NCBI GenBank assembly: GCA_963691875.1
Contig: OY829846.1
Span: forward strand, 608,001-672,000
Source of the DNA: Aureliella sp.
Lineage (GTDB): Bacteria > Planctomycetota > Planctomycetia > Pirellulales > Pirellulaceae
DNA length: 64,000 nucleotides
Direction of reading: 5' to 3'
Within the stretch, counting starts at the first letter, position 1, and the number at the start of each line of letters is the position of its first letter. This document shows, piece after piece, positions 38,938-49,727 of this stretch. Both the position numbers and the translations under genes were made by a program. The notes under the pieces are model-generated. The model was not told the origin of the DNA and ran no database searches. It saw only the letters and a list, made by a program, of their open reading frames with translations.

Positions 38938-41617
38938 TTACCGCCAGTCAAGCACTCGAAAGACGCCTCGGCGACGTTGGATCGCTTCCGGCAAGGCCAG
39001 AATCTGCTCGCGATAAAACGCAAGTAACGCTCCAACTCCGAATAGTACAGCTCCACCAGAAAGTATTGCGGTCGCCAGCATGTCAACTTTTTGCCAAGGG
39101 ACCAGAATGGCAAAGGTGCAGATGTATACGGCAGACATAAATCCTCCAACTAAGGTCGTAGCTTTAAGTTGAAGCATTAGCCCAGTCGCAAGTAATAGGA
39201 TGCTAACGAAGAGGAATCCTAGCTCGTCGTGCCAAACAAAATCATCTTGGTAGCGATGAATCCAAGTCGCCACCGCCAGAGGAACTGATAACAAGATTGC
39301 ACCGAAAGCCAAACAGTTGCCGACAAGATCGCTCCTTCTTCCTTGCAATTGCTCGCGGTACCATCCCGCGTGTCCAATCGCAAGGAGCACAACCCCAGCG
39401 ATTACAGCGAAGAGCTCCACTTTCACCCAAGGACTGAGTGTGACGATTTGATGGAGCGTGAGCCCAAAAATCAAGCATTGCCCTGCACCTAGGAGCGAAT
39501 ACCAAGCTCGCGCTTCCCTTGTCCGACTCAGTAAGCTCGACAGCCCCGCAACACTCGCCAACGCCAACGCCATGGCAGGCATTGTCCATCGCAATGCTTG
39601 GACAGAACCTTCAGCGAAGGCAACTAGCCGAAAGAAAACGAACATCAGCCCGCTCAAAATTGCAATTGAAGTAAGAGCATTACCTGAGTGCAGCACGATA
39701 TCGTAGAAAGAGGATCTGTGGGTCAACGTCGCTACCTCTTCTTCAGTCCGACCGATCTCAAAAGTCCGCTGCACTATTATCAAGAACACACCAACAACTG
39801 CGGCTACTGAAATGTATCCCTCACTCCCTGCATTGCAAGCGCGAAGTAGCAAGACTATCGACATGCTGCCCGTGACAAGAGAAGGCAGTATGCAAGCCGG
39901 CTTCCGCCAGGAGGCAAGCAAGTAGAACAACGCTGCTTCAACACAGACGGCAGCCCACCAGAGTGAGTTACCCTCAAAGCTGCTTTGCGAGAGTGTAACT
40001 ATCGAACTGAGAAGGCAACCGCCAATAAGAATCCCAGCACTGCTTTGAGCCACCCACTGCGTCGGAGCCGCACTATCGCCTTCGTCATAGAACCAGGAGG
40101 CAAACAAGTAGCCTGCCGGTAACAGCAGTAGAATTGGACTTTGGGCAAGCCAAGTTGTCATTCCAAGAATGCTTAGGAAACTGCTGAAAGCAATGAGCAA
40201 TGCCGACGCGGAGGCAGCAAAGTAGAGCATCCGCAACACATACGCTTGCCGGCTATAGACTTGCGCCCCGATCCGCAATGACACTGCGGCTAACAGCATC
40301 GCACCGACGAATCCGATTTCTGGTGCAAGGAACTTAAACGGCAGTGACCAATTTGCGTGACGGAAGTAATCCCAGAACCCGACAGAAACAGGCAAACATC
40401 CCAGCATTAACCCAATCGCCGGTGCGCCGCGAAGCTTTCTCGACTTATCACCGACGTAATGCTGAGCAAGGTTGATTGACAGGGTTGTAATCGCTAGCAC
40501 AAGCATCACTGCGGTTGGACTGAGCTGCACGTGGAGCAGTTGCGCTGTGAGCAGCTCCGCCCAAATCACAGATAGCGCCGCGATGTGCAAGAAGAAGCCG
40601 GATCGATTCATGCCCCATTCTGAATAGGCATAGCCATATGCGGCAAGGCAAACCAACGTCAACGCCAGCCATCGAAGTTCGCCGCACATCGGAGAAGGGA
40701 CGGCATCTAGACGCAAGTAGATTGCTTTGAATCCAAACTCGTAAAACCAGTCTCCAGCAATCTGTGCACCGAGGATTAGCAGCAAACCTGAAGCAAGCTG
40801 AAGATGTCCCGTGCGAAAGAAAGCGAGTCCGAATTCCTTGCGGCTGAACGCACCCGAGCTAGCCGTGAATGCTCGTTCGACGTGTATGCTGATTAAGCCT
40901 GTGATAATCAAAAAGGTTGAGGGTAGCTGTATCTCCCAAAATCGCCCAGGGCTTGGTGGCATGTCGGCTATGATTAATAAACCCGTCATCGTGATGCCAG
41001 CAGAGAAGATATAGACGAACAGTTTATCCTTCAGCATTACCGCTGCCGCAGCATAAATCGCACACATCGCCGATGCGGGCAACCATAGATGGCCGTCGAT
41101 CGTGATCGAACCATTGGCACTGTAATACCACAGGTTGATGGGCATGATTAAGCAGGCTAGCAAGGGTCAACGCTTGCCCGACCAGCTGCTGCTTGGAAAA
41201 TCTGAGCAGGGAGAAGCCAACCCCAAGCACGCACAGGTTTGCCGAAGCTAGAGCACAAGCGGTAATAACGGGCGTGAAGAAGTCATTGATCCAAAGCAGG
41301 ATAATGAGTCCGAGTACCATCATTCCGCCGCCAACTGCCATCAGCCATTGCAGACTCTGTGGCGCGAGCAGTCGATCCAGAATGTTAACGGGCGAAAGCA
41401 TTCCGTTGCTCTCGACTGATGGATTGGTTTGAGAAGGTTTTGATCCGTCGCCAAACTCTTCCTGATGATCTTGTCCCGCTCGCCGAGTTGAAGCTTGGTC
41501 ACCGGCGCCTTGTATTGACTCGACAACTGGGGGCACATGGTCTGCTCTACTCGTCATGGGCGTTTCGGAAGTCGCAGAATCCGGCTGACGCTGTTTTTCA
41601 GAATCTTCTTCGTTCAT
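38938..41617 (-). CDS. Large polytopic membrane protein with one apparent +1 frameshift at 41164-41166
   Basis: ORFs 41024-41674 and 38938-41163 join as LVGQALT|LLACLIMPINLWYY if one base of the 3-nt run is removed. Confidence 0.75.
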
Positions 41618-41955
41618 CGAATCATCCTCTGGATCGGGAGATGGAAGACGGGACCTAGCTGGAACGGAACGCACTCAAGTGGTGTGAGGGCATGGGGCGG
41701 GCAAAAGCTCCTTCGACGTCCTATTTCGATGGAGGCTCATTTGTGGCTAGATTCCAGAGTCCACGAGAACCTTTTGCGAGAAATCAAAATCTTTTTCGAT
41801 TTCTTCCAGGATTGAAGCCAACTAGCTGCAACCGTTACAGCCGATCACCATCAGCGGGAAAGAACAGAACGAGAACTTGTATCAAACAGCCACAGAAACG
41901 AGAAGGTGTTATCCTTTTCGTGACAATGCCTTCCCAGTTTTGCGATCCTGGAACT

Positions 41956-42648
41956 ATGACGAATACCACCGCCGAGTTTGATGCATTCGCCGCGGACTAC
42001 GATCTCGCCCTTGAGCGAGGTCTCAACCTAACTGGACAAAGCAAGGACTATTTCGCAGAAGCAAGATTGCGTTGGCTTCGCAGCCGTTTGCCGGAATTTG
42101 ATGCAGACAGCTCGGCGATTCTCGACTTTGGTTGCGGAACTGGCAGTTCAGTGCCTTGGTTTCTCGACTTGCTAGAGGTAAAGAAAATAGTCGGTTCTGA
42201 TGTCTCAACGCAAAGCCTCGAAGTCGCCAAGGAGCGATGGCGGGACTACGCCACCGAGTTTGTTCAATGCGGAAGCGAGCCAGCTAATGCCTTTGATTTG
42301 GCCTTCTGCAACGGAGTCTTTCATCACATCATTCCAGAGCAGCGAGCCGAGGCTTTCCAACAGGTGTTTCAGGCGCTCAAGCCCGGTGGTCTATTCGCCT
42401 TCTGGGAAAACAATCCGGCAAACCCGGGAACGCGATTGTTGATGAAGCGAATCCCCTTCGATCGAGATGCGATTCTAGTTTGGCCCAACGAGGCTCGCCG
42501 TCGATTGCGAGCAGCTGGTTTCGAAGTCCTTCTCACCGATTTCGTATTTTACTTCCCCGAAACACTTAGAAAGCTGCGACCGCTTGAGCCATGGCTCTCC
42601 AAGTTGCCGCTCGGTGGCCAGTACCTAGTGCTCGCTCGTAAACCATAG
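41956..42648 (+). CDS. Class I SAM-dependent methyltransferase
   Basis: ILDFGCGTG, FDLAFCNGVFHHI and LKPGG motifs. Confidence 0.9.
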   Translation: MTNTTAEFDAFAADYDLALERGLNLTGQSKDYFAEARLRWLRSRLPEFDADSSAILDFGCGTGSSVPWFLDLLEVKKIVGSDVSTQSLEVAKERWRDYATEFVQCGSEPANAFDLAFCNGVFHHIIPEQRAEAFQQVFQALKPGGLFAFWENNPANPGTRLLMKRIPFDRDAILVWPNEARRRLRAAGFEVLLTDFVFYFPETLRKLRPLEPWLSKLPLGGQYLVLARKP

Positions 42649-42901
42649 GCTTTTTCCAAAACTGAGATTGTATTAGTAGAACTCGTCAAGAGTTTCGGTT
42701 TTCGGTGTGCACCGAAAGTCTCAAAGACTTCCGAAAATACTAACCTGCCACAAAGCCTAGCGTTCCGCCTTGTCAACTTGAATCGTTTGTAAGGTCATCT
42801 GTTTCTTCTTTGCAGCTCTGGTAGACTCATAGAGACACAGCCACACGATAAGGCCAGAGCCGTGTGTCGTTCGCGCCCCTTGAAAACGAAGAAGAGTTTG
42901 C

Positions 42902-43867
42902 ATGAAAGCGTTGCAGGTCACAGCACGTGGCCAAGCAGAGTTTGTTGACGCTCCGAAGCCGAAATTGCAGCCTGGCCACGTTCTTGTGAGACCGCGGCAT
43001 CTCGCACTCTGTGGAAGTGACATTTGGTTCATGGACCACGCTCCAAATGATAGGTTCCCCTGCAAAGTCGGGACAACTGGCCATGAGGTCATCGCAGAAG
43101 TCGTACAAGTTGCGGATGACTGCAAGGGTGTTTTTCGATCTGGCGAACTGACACTGACCTTGGTTCCGGATCACGGCGGCATGGCCGAGTTCTATCTCGC
43201 ACCGGTCGAGAACGCGTTGAGTTTGCCTTCCAAGAAGAGCCCCGAAGAGTATTTGATGGCTCAGCAGCTTGGTACTGTGATCTACGCCTGCCGCTTCGTT
43301 CCATCCTTCATCGGCAAGACAGTGGCAATCATCGGCCAGGGATCCGCGGGCATTTGGTTCAATGTCATGTGTAAGCGACTCGGCGCAAGACGAATAATCG
43401 CTTTGGATCACCACGAACATCGGCTTGCAGTGAGCCAATTCTATGGTGCAGACTTTGCCATCAACGGAGCTGCCAAAGACGTATTACAGCAGTTTGCAGC
43501 CTGCAACGAAGGCGAGCATGCCGATATCGTGATCGAGGCGGCAGGTCGCGAATCCTCAATCAACTTAAGCTATGAACTGGCTAAGGATTTCGAGGGATTT
43601 ATTTTGCAGTTCGGGTTGCCAAGAACGCCAATGCAAGTGGACTATGGGAAGATGTTCTGGAAGCGTTTAAACGTCAAGTCGATGGTGCATGCTGCCCGAG
43701 AGCCGCACCACAGTTCAACACGCTACGCCTTGGATCTCATTGACCAGGAGCTAGACGTTTCGCGGGTCATTACGCACCGAGTCGATTTCGATGCAGTGCA
43801 TCGCGCTTTCGAGTTACAACGCACTGCTAGCGATGGCGCGATCAAGACTTTGGTTGACATGCCTTAA
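42902..43867 (+). CDS. Zinc-binding (MDR) dehydrogenase
   Basis: CGSD, GHE and IIGQGSAG motifs. No 4-Cys structural zinc lobe. Confidence 0.88.
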   Translation: MKALQVTARGQAEFVDAPKPKLQPGHVLVRPRHLALCGSDIWFMDHAPNDRFPCKVGTTGHEVIAEVVQVADDCKGVFRSGELTLTLVPDHGGMAEFYLAPVENALSLPSKKSPEEYLMAQQLGTVIYACRFVPSFIGKTVAIIGQGSAGIWFNVMCKRLGARRIIALDHHEHRLAVSQFYGADFAINGAAKDVLQQFAACNEGEHADIVIEAAGRESSINLSYELAKDFEGFILQFGLPRTPMQVDYGKMFWKRLNVKSMVHAAREPHHSSTRYALDLIDQELDVSRVITHRVDFDAVHRAFELQRTASDGAIKTLVDMP

Positions 43868-43906
43868 TATATAGTCAGCGGTGGGCCAAAGCCTCAGGAG
43901 ACGACT

Positions 43907-44689
43907 TTGAATACGAACTCACTACGCCGTTTATGGAGCCAGGGAAAAGCGGCCGTCCAAGCGTGGGACATGACGGGTCATCCTGAAATCTGTAGCTTGA
44001 TGGCCGAGGCTGGTTACGATGCTGTAGTCTTAGACTGGCAACATGGGCCCGGCGTCACGGAGACGACCGTTGTGCCATGCATCGACGCGATCAACGCAGT
44101 ACCGGGTGTCGCGTCCCTGGTTCGCTTACCGAGTGTCAACGATTACTACATCTCCCATGTTCTGGATGCAGGTGCTTCTGGCGTGATCGTTCCGATGATC
44201 CGCTCGGCGGACGAAGCCCGAATTGCGGGCGCCGCCTGCCGGTATGCTCCAGAAGGACATCGCAGCATGGGCTACGCGCCGCATATGCGATCGGGAGAGA
44301 CACTACAGGAGTACACGTTGCGAGCCAATCGAGAAATCATCTGCTTGGTGATGATCGAAACAAAGGAAGCTCTTGAATGCGTCGAGGAGGTCTGCGGCGT
44401 GCCAGGAATTGATGGGCTCTACATCGGGCCGTTTGACTTATCGCTCAATATGGGTGTTGAGATCGCAACTTGGCCTGAAGATCCACGCCATCTGGCAGCC
44501 GCAGATAGGATCTTCTCGGCAGCCAAGCAAAAGAACTTAGTTGTGGGGCATCATGGTATGAATCCCGCGGTTTCAGCCAAGTTCGTTAAGTTGGGATCGC
44601 AACTCTGCCAGCTTGGTGGGAACACTTCGCTCTTTGAAAAAGCGGCGAAGGACGCACTTTTAGAGTTCCGACAAGAATTAGAGAATTAG
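43907..44689 (+). CDS. HpcH/HpaI aldolase family protein
   Basis: LDWQHG, LDAGASGVIVPMI, MIET and YIGPFDLS motifs. Confidence 0.9.
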   Translation: MNTNSLRRLWSQGKAAVQAWDMTGHPEICSLMAEAGYDAVVLDWQHGPGVTETTVVPCIDAINAVPGVASLVRLPSVNDYYISHVLDAGASGVIVPMIRSADEARIAGAACRYAPEGHRSMGYAPHMRSGETLQEYTLRANREIICLVMIETKEALECVEEVCGVPGIDGLYIGPFDLSLNMGVEIATWPEDPRHLAAADRIFSAAKQKNLVVGHHGMNPAVSAKFVKLGSQLCQLGGNTSLFEKAAKDALLEFRQELEN

Positions 44690-44698
44690 GAAATTTCA

Positions 44699-45394
44699 AT
44701 GGAACAGAAGAAAGCCTTAGTAACAGGCGGCACTTCGGGAATCGGGCTCGCCACGGTCAAAATGTTGTTGGATCGCGGATGCGAGGTTGTCACCATCAGT
44801 CGTGACCCGAGCCGAGTTACCGATTTGCCGAAGAATATTACCTGCGAGGCTGCTGACGTCCGTGACCGCGGGGCACTTGCCGAAGTTTTTGCCAAGTACT
44901 CCGGTATCAATTACCTCGTTTGCGCAGCCACCGGAGGCGAACGGGCGATGGGGCCATTCCTCGAGATGGACCTGGACGCATATCAGCGTTCCTTCGATAA
45001 ACTATGGGGCTATGCGAACTGTGTGCGACTAGCAGCAGAACACCTCAGCCCCCGCGCATCGATTGTTTTAGTCAGCGGAACGCCCGCACGTCGCGCGAAG
45101 CCAGGGCAAGTTTCCTTGGCAAGTGTTGGTGGAGCCATTGAGGCATTCTGCCGAACCATTGCTCCAGAGATTGTTCCCCGACGTATCAATGTGGTATCTC
45201 CTGGTCTAACAAGCACTCCGATGTTTGGAGGTATTGAGGAGCGGGAGGAACTGCTTGGCAACGCCACTGCAGGCCACCTAATACCGCGTCCGGGTAGACC
45301 AGAGGAAGTTGCAGAAGGAATTCTGTTCGTGCTGGAAAATGAATTCGTTACCGGCACCACTGTCGACGTCGACGGCGGATGGCTGCTCAGTTAG
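44699..45394 (+). CDS. Short-chain dehydrogenase/reductase (atypical active site)
   Basis: VTGGTSGIG, RINVVSPG and TGTTVDVDGG motifs. No YxxxK. Confidence 0.88.
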   Translation: MEQKKALVTGGTSGIGLATVKMLLDRGCEVVTISRDPSRVTDLPKNITCEAADVRDRGALAEVFAKYSGINYLVCAATGGERAMGPFLEMDLDAYQRSFDKLWGYANCVRLAAEHLSPRASIVLVSGTPARRAKPGQVSLASVGGAIEAFCRTIAPEIVPRRINVVSPGLTSTPMFGGIEEREELLGNATAGHLIPRPGRPEEVAEGILFVLENEFVTGTTVDVDGGWLLS

Positions 45395-45411
45395 CAAAAT
45401 CGCGGCTCGTT

Positions 45412-46428
45412 TTATCGCTTAGCCAACGCTTCGGCGGCTTCGATGGCAAAGTAAGTAAGGATCATGTCCGCGCCTGCTCTTCGAAAGGCCATGAGACTTT
45501 CGAGCATACAAGCCTCGCGATCTAGCCATCCATTGTGGGCGGCAGCAGAAATCATGGCGTACTCACCACTGACTTGATAGACTGCGGTCGGTACTTGGAA
45601 CTCACGTTTGATGCGCTCAACTATATCCAAGTACGGCATGCCGGGCTTGACCATCACGATGTCCGCACCTTCTTGCAAGTCTAGTGCAACCTCATGCAAA
45701 CCTTCATCGGTATTCGCGGGGCACATCTGGTACGTCTTCTTGTCCCCACTACCCAGATTGCCCTTCGAACCAACTGCATCACGAAAAGGACCATAAAAGG
45801 CAGAGGCGTATTTTGCGGAGTAAGCCATGATCAAGGTTTCTGACTGGCCAGCTGAATCCAAAGCCTCTCGAATTCTTCCAACTCGGCCATCCATCATGTC
45901 CGACGGTGCAATGATCGAACAGCCGGCCTCCGATTGAACGACTGATTGTTGGCACAGCACATCGAGTGTTTCGTCGTTTATGATCTTTCCATTGCGAACA
46001 AGGCCATCTTGGCCGTGATTCGTGTACGGATCGAGCGCCACATCGCAGGCAACCCCGATCTGATCCTGAAACTGATCTCTGATGCGTCGAACCGTTTCAC
46101 AAACCAAGTTGTTTGGATTCGTCGCCTCGCGCCCGTCTTCTGTCTTTAAGTCGCTCGGCGTAACAGGAAAGAGCGCGATGGCGGGAATGCCTAAGTCTAC
46201 GGCTCGCTGTACGTCACTCAGCAGCAAATCGGCTGATTTTCGAAAGACGCCTGGAAGGCTTTCGATCGGCTCTTGCTTGCTGTTGCCAGGCAAGACAAAT
46301 GCAGGCCAGATAAAGTCACTGGCGGAAAGGTGGTTTTCCTGAACAAGTTCGCGCGACCAAGGCATTTGCCGTAGTCTCCGCATTCGAGTACCGGGGTATG
46401 AGCCGCGGGAAGCGCGAAAGTTCGCCAT
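45412..46428 (-). CDS. hemB: Porphobilinogen synthase (Asp-rich, Zn-independent type)
   Basis: DVALDPYTNHGQDG, APSDMMDGR, YSAKYAS, MVKPG and YQVSGEY motifs. Confidence 0.96.
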   Translation of the reverse strand: MANFRASRGSYPGTRMRRLRQMPWSRELVQENHLSASDFIWPAFVLPGNSKQEPIESLPGVFRKSADLLLSDVQRAVDLGIPAIALFPVTPSDLKTEDGREATNPNNLVCETVRRIRDQFQDQIGVACDVALDPYTNHGQDGLVRNGKIINDETLDVLCQQSVVQSEAGCSIIAPSDMMDGRVGRIREALDSAGQSETLIMAYSAKYASAFYGPFRDAVGSKGNLGSGDKKTYQMCPANTDEGLHEVALDLQEGADIVMVKPGMPYLDIVERIKREFQVPTAVYQVSGEYAMISAAAHNGWLDREACMLESLMAFRRAGADMILTYFAIEAAEALAKR

Positions 46429-46545
46429 TAATCCACACCTGAGAGTTTCCAAAGGAACCGTGCAGCTAGCCAGTTTTATGTTTGCTAGCTTGCCAGTATT
46501 CTAGTCCCAGCCTTTAAGTGGAAATAGGACGGGTAAGTTGCGAGC

Positions 46546-47211
46546 CTACAATGCCAGCTCGAGAAGTGGCATCAAGTCGGTAAAGATATCTTTTCTTGGC
46601 GGATGCCCAGCATCGCATCGCAGGACAAAATTTTGATCAACGAGTTGGAAGCAAGGGATCATCTCGCGAGTCTCTCGCGAAAGCATGCTGCTGTCGGCAA
46701 ACAATATCTCAGTTCCTTCTGGTAGCACTGGACCGAAATGCTCCGCCCATTGCTTTGCGTCATCTAGGGATGGTGCAGACACTCCGTCTGGACCATAGTA
46801 AATGACCTGGATCAACTGAAAGCGACTGTCTGAAAATTCGGTGTCAGTCGCAGCTGCGAAGTACTCTGCAAAGCTCTTCATATCCGGCTGTGGGACGACT
46901 TCGTTTAATCCACCTGCCAAGTTGCCGCCCGACAAAGCCTGACTCGACTTGCTTGCCATGGCGACGCTATTGATCACAAGCACTTTTCCGCGAAACTTCG
47001 ACAGCCGCACCTTCTCGCCGGAGGTCGTGTAAAGCTCGAGGTTCGGATAAGGGAGATTCACTTCAGCAGGCCACTGGAGCGTTGGGTTTACGGTACTCAC
47101 CGGACCATAAATCCAAGGCAGCATATAAGCTCGAACCAACTTGGGGTTCATGTAGGCAAAACCGCCTACGAGGGACAGGCCGAAGACGGCAAGAAACCCA
47201 ACAAATCGCAT
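46546..47211 (-). CDS. Membrane-anchored thioredoxin-fold-like protein without CxxC
   Basis: N-terminal TM helix. The redoxin-like start YPNLELY..GEKVRLSKFRGKVLVIN is followed by SKSS. Confidence 0.55.
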   Translation of the reverse strand: MRFVGFLAVFGLSLVGGFAYMNPKLVRAYMLPWIYGPVSTVNPTLQWPAEVNLPYPNLELYTTSGEKVRLSKFRGKVLVINSVAMASKSSQALSGGNLAGGLNEVVPQPDMKSFAEYFAAATDTEFSDSRFQLIQVIYYGPDGVSAPSLDDAKQWAEHFGPVLPEGTEILFADSSMLSRETREMIPCFQLVDQNFVLRCDAGHPPRKDIFTDLMPLLELAL

Positions 47212-47318
47212 GTGAAATCCGTACAGGTAAAAACTTCGAGCGTACCTGTAAGGTTTGGTTACAAAAAACACATTGGCAAACGAATGCAGCCCATTTCGCA
47301 AAAGCTGGACGGTAAGGC

Positions 47319-48533
47319 TTACCTTCCCGGATTTGCCTCCAAGTGAGCATTCAGCTGACTCACTTTTCCGTCTCGGAAAATCGTGATAGATACACGACTC
47401 CCTACCTTGGTCAAACCGACTTGCTTGACTAGGTGCCCGTCGTTTTCTATCTGCTTTCCGTTGAAGTCAAGGATGACATCGCCTTCCTTCAGGCCGCATT
47501 TGGCGGCAGGTGAATTCGGAATGACCACCTTCACTAACGCACCGGTGGTAGACTTAAGTCCCAGTCTACGTGCCGTGAAGATATCGAAGGCATTCTCGAG
47601 CTGAACTCCCAAGTAAGAACGATTGAGTTGACCCTGGCTCACCAGTTGACGCGCAACATTCAAAGCCATATTCATCGGGATGGAGAATCCGATCCCTTCA
47701 TTACCACCGGAGTTACTTGCAATTGCCGTATTGATGCCAATGATCTCTCCACGCAGATTGATCAGTGGTCCACCGCTGTTGCCCGGATTGATGGCGGCAT
47801 CTGTCTGGAAGAAATCTTGAATCTCAATTTCTTTCGATCCCAATTCAAGATTGCGACGGCCCTTAGCACTCAGGATCCCGTAGGTGACGGAATGGCTAAG
47901 TCCAAACGGGCTACCAACCGCGATAACAAAATCCCCAACCTCTGCGTTGTTGCTGTCGCCGATCACTGCAGGCGGTAGCTGCTGATTGGTGGCCAGCTTG
48001 AGAACAGCCACATCAGTCGAAGGATCCGTCCAGATCTTGGTCGCACGGAGAGGAATTCCCGCGTTGGTTTCGATCCGAATGGAATTCAGTTCTGCTGGAT
48101 GTATCACATGGCGATTCGTCAGTACAAAGGGTGCGCCATCAATGTCGATAATGATGCCGGCACCTGCTTCCTCAACCTTGCTACTTGAGAAGCCATTGCC
48201 AGTTTCTGCCCGCTTTGTCGCTTCTAAGTGCACAATGCTGGGGCTCACAAACTTCACGATGCGTCGCACGAAGTTGAATTGCCGCTCCAACGCCTCCGCT
48301 TCACGTTGCAGGTCAGCGTACTCAACGCGTCGATTTGTGTAGGTAGGCTGAACCGGGGCATTCAGCCTACCTGCTTCAAACGGCATGGCGTCTCGCGAAA
48401 CAGGTTTCGGGCGGACCAAGCTATCGACTGGCGCAGCAGGCTTGAGGGTTACCTGTGCCTGCGATGCAGAAGCGCAGGTCAGTCCAATTGCCAAACCGAA
48501 ATTGCGCATGAATTGTTCATATTTGGTCAACAT
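47319..48533 (-). CDS. HtrA/DegP-family serine protease with one PDZ domain
   Basis: TNRHV, DVAVL and QTDAAINPGNSGGPL motifs, plus a C-terminal PDZ domain. Confidence 0.94.
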   Translation of the reverse strand: MLTKYEQFMRNFGLAIGLTCASASQAQVTLKPAAPVDSLVRPKPVSRDAMPFEAGRLNAPVQPTYTNRRVEYADLQREAEALERQFNFVRRIVKFVSPSIVHLEATKRAETGNGFSSSKVEEAGAGIIIDIDGAPFVLTNRHVIHPAELNSIRIETNAGIPLRATKIWTDPSTDVAVLKLATNQQLPPAVIGDSNNAEVGDFVIAVGSPFGLSHSVTYGILSAKGRRNLELGSKEIEIQDFFQTDAAINPGNSGGPLINLRGEIIGINTAIASNSGGNEGIGFSIPMNMALNVARQLVSQGQLNRSYLGVQLENAFDIFTARRLGLKSTTGALVKVVIPNSPAAKCGLKEGDVILDFNGKQIENDGHLVKQVGLTKVGSRVSITIFRDGKVSQLNAHLEANPGR

Positions 48534-49071
48534 GTCTACCTCAGTTGGCCAGCATTTTCACAGCACCAACTGACCCTTGATTGGAGTCTCAGATCACCCA
48601 TGAGCGAAAAGAGTTGAGGTCAGCGGTACCGCGATACCACGGGAACGCCGTCCAGAATCCGGTCTGAGCGACGCAAAATGTGGAATCGGCTGTCCTGCCG
48701 AGACACGTAGACGAGAAAATCAATGGGAAGGACCGAATGCAGGTTTTGCAGCCAATCGGCAAGTGAATTGCGCTCATCAATCGCGGTATAGCGGTCTGCC
48801 CTGATATAAGAAGTCCTCCGGTAAGTCCGATTCTGACGGCAGAAACCGTCGATCCTGATACCGTTTAGGATTGTAGGTTCCAAACTCCGCCATTGTCCAA
48901 TCTTAACGTTTGCACGAGGTTCCACTGTAGGTTTAGCGGTCATAGCGGCTGAACGGACACTTGGCCCGCGTCGACAAGGTCTTCCCCGCAACCTGTAGAT
49001 CTGGATCTTCCAAACCTGCGGACTCTACAGAGAAGAGTTTTGCTAGAAAAACGGCTAGCAGGAGAAAACGC

Positions 49072-49602
49072 ATGAAGAAGACGTACTCCGTTGCTACAAG
49101 TCGCGACGCCTTCATAGATTGAAAGGGCGGCGATGTATGTTGGCTCCTGCAGCAAGACATTACCACTCATGATACCAGTATCGAGGGTTTCTTCCCTACG
49201 CTGGATGGATTGATCATGGGGCGAATTACCCACAATTTCATTTTCAATTACGGAATCTGACCCTACGAGGATAAGCAAACATGGGTTCTAACATCTCGCC
49301 CACTTGCGAAACTGAATGGAGCTAACCTACGCGGATCGAACTCGATAGAAGACGTCATTTCTGAAGTCGAGCACCAGCATCTTAAAAAGCTCTGTTTGCT
49401 CGGAGGAGGCCAGCTTGCATCGAAATTCCTAGACCGGCAATTCCTCCCCTACCTTTCGATTGCAGAACTCCCGAATGACCTCTTCTCAGGCATTCCCTTG
49501 TTCTCTCGCCGCAGCCTAGACAATATAGTTCATCTTAAGGGCGTCCGAGAAAAGAACGCATTTCGCTAGATTGACATCCGCCTGAATCAGCACCCTCAAT
49601 AA
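49072..49602 (+). pseudogene. Dihydrofolate reductase/RibD C-terminal-like pseudogene
   Basis: AGGAG precedes ATG 49072. One frame reads VATSRDAFID*..DGLIMGR..YGI*PYEDK..LLGGGQLA..GIPLF, with stops at 49120, 49258 and 49567. Confidence 0.8.
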
Positions 49603-49727
49603 CCATGAGGAAATTGAGTGAGCGACAAAACGGTAGTGGCTAGTTCATCCATGCCCCTCTATTTAGGCACTGCAATTAATCAGCTTTTCATTCCGAAACG
49701 AAGCCTCAGAGCCGATGAAATTGGGCT

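Noticed and set aside
48600..48990. Possible tmRNA or RNase P RNA upstream of the HtrA gene (the minus strand begins GGGGAAGACCTTGTCGAC)
   Set aside because: I found no T-arm/CCA 3' end and no RNase P GAGGAAAGTCC core.
49072..49602. Stop-codon recoding (TGA as Trp or Sec) in the DHFR-like gene
   Set aside because: A TAG also interrupts the frame, conserved motifs have drifted, and TGA terminates normal genes here such as nadC and the radical SAM gene.
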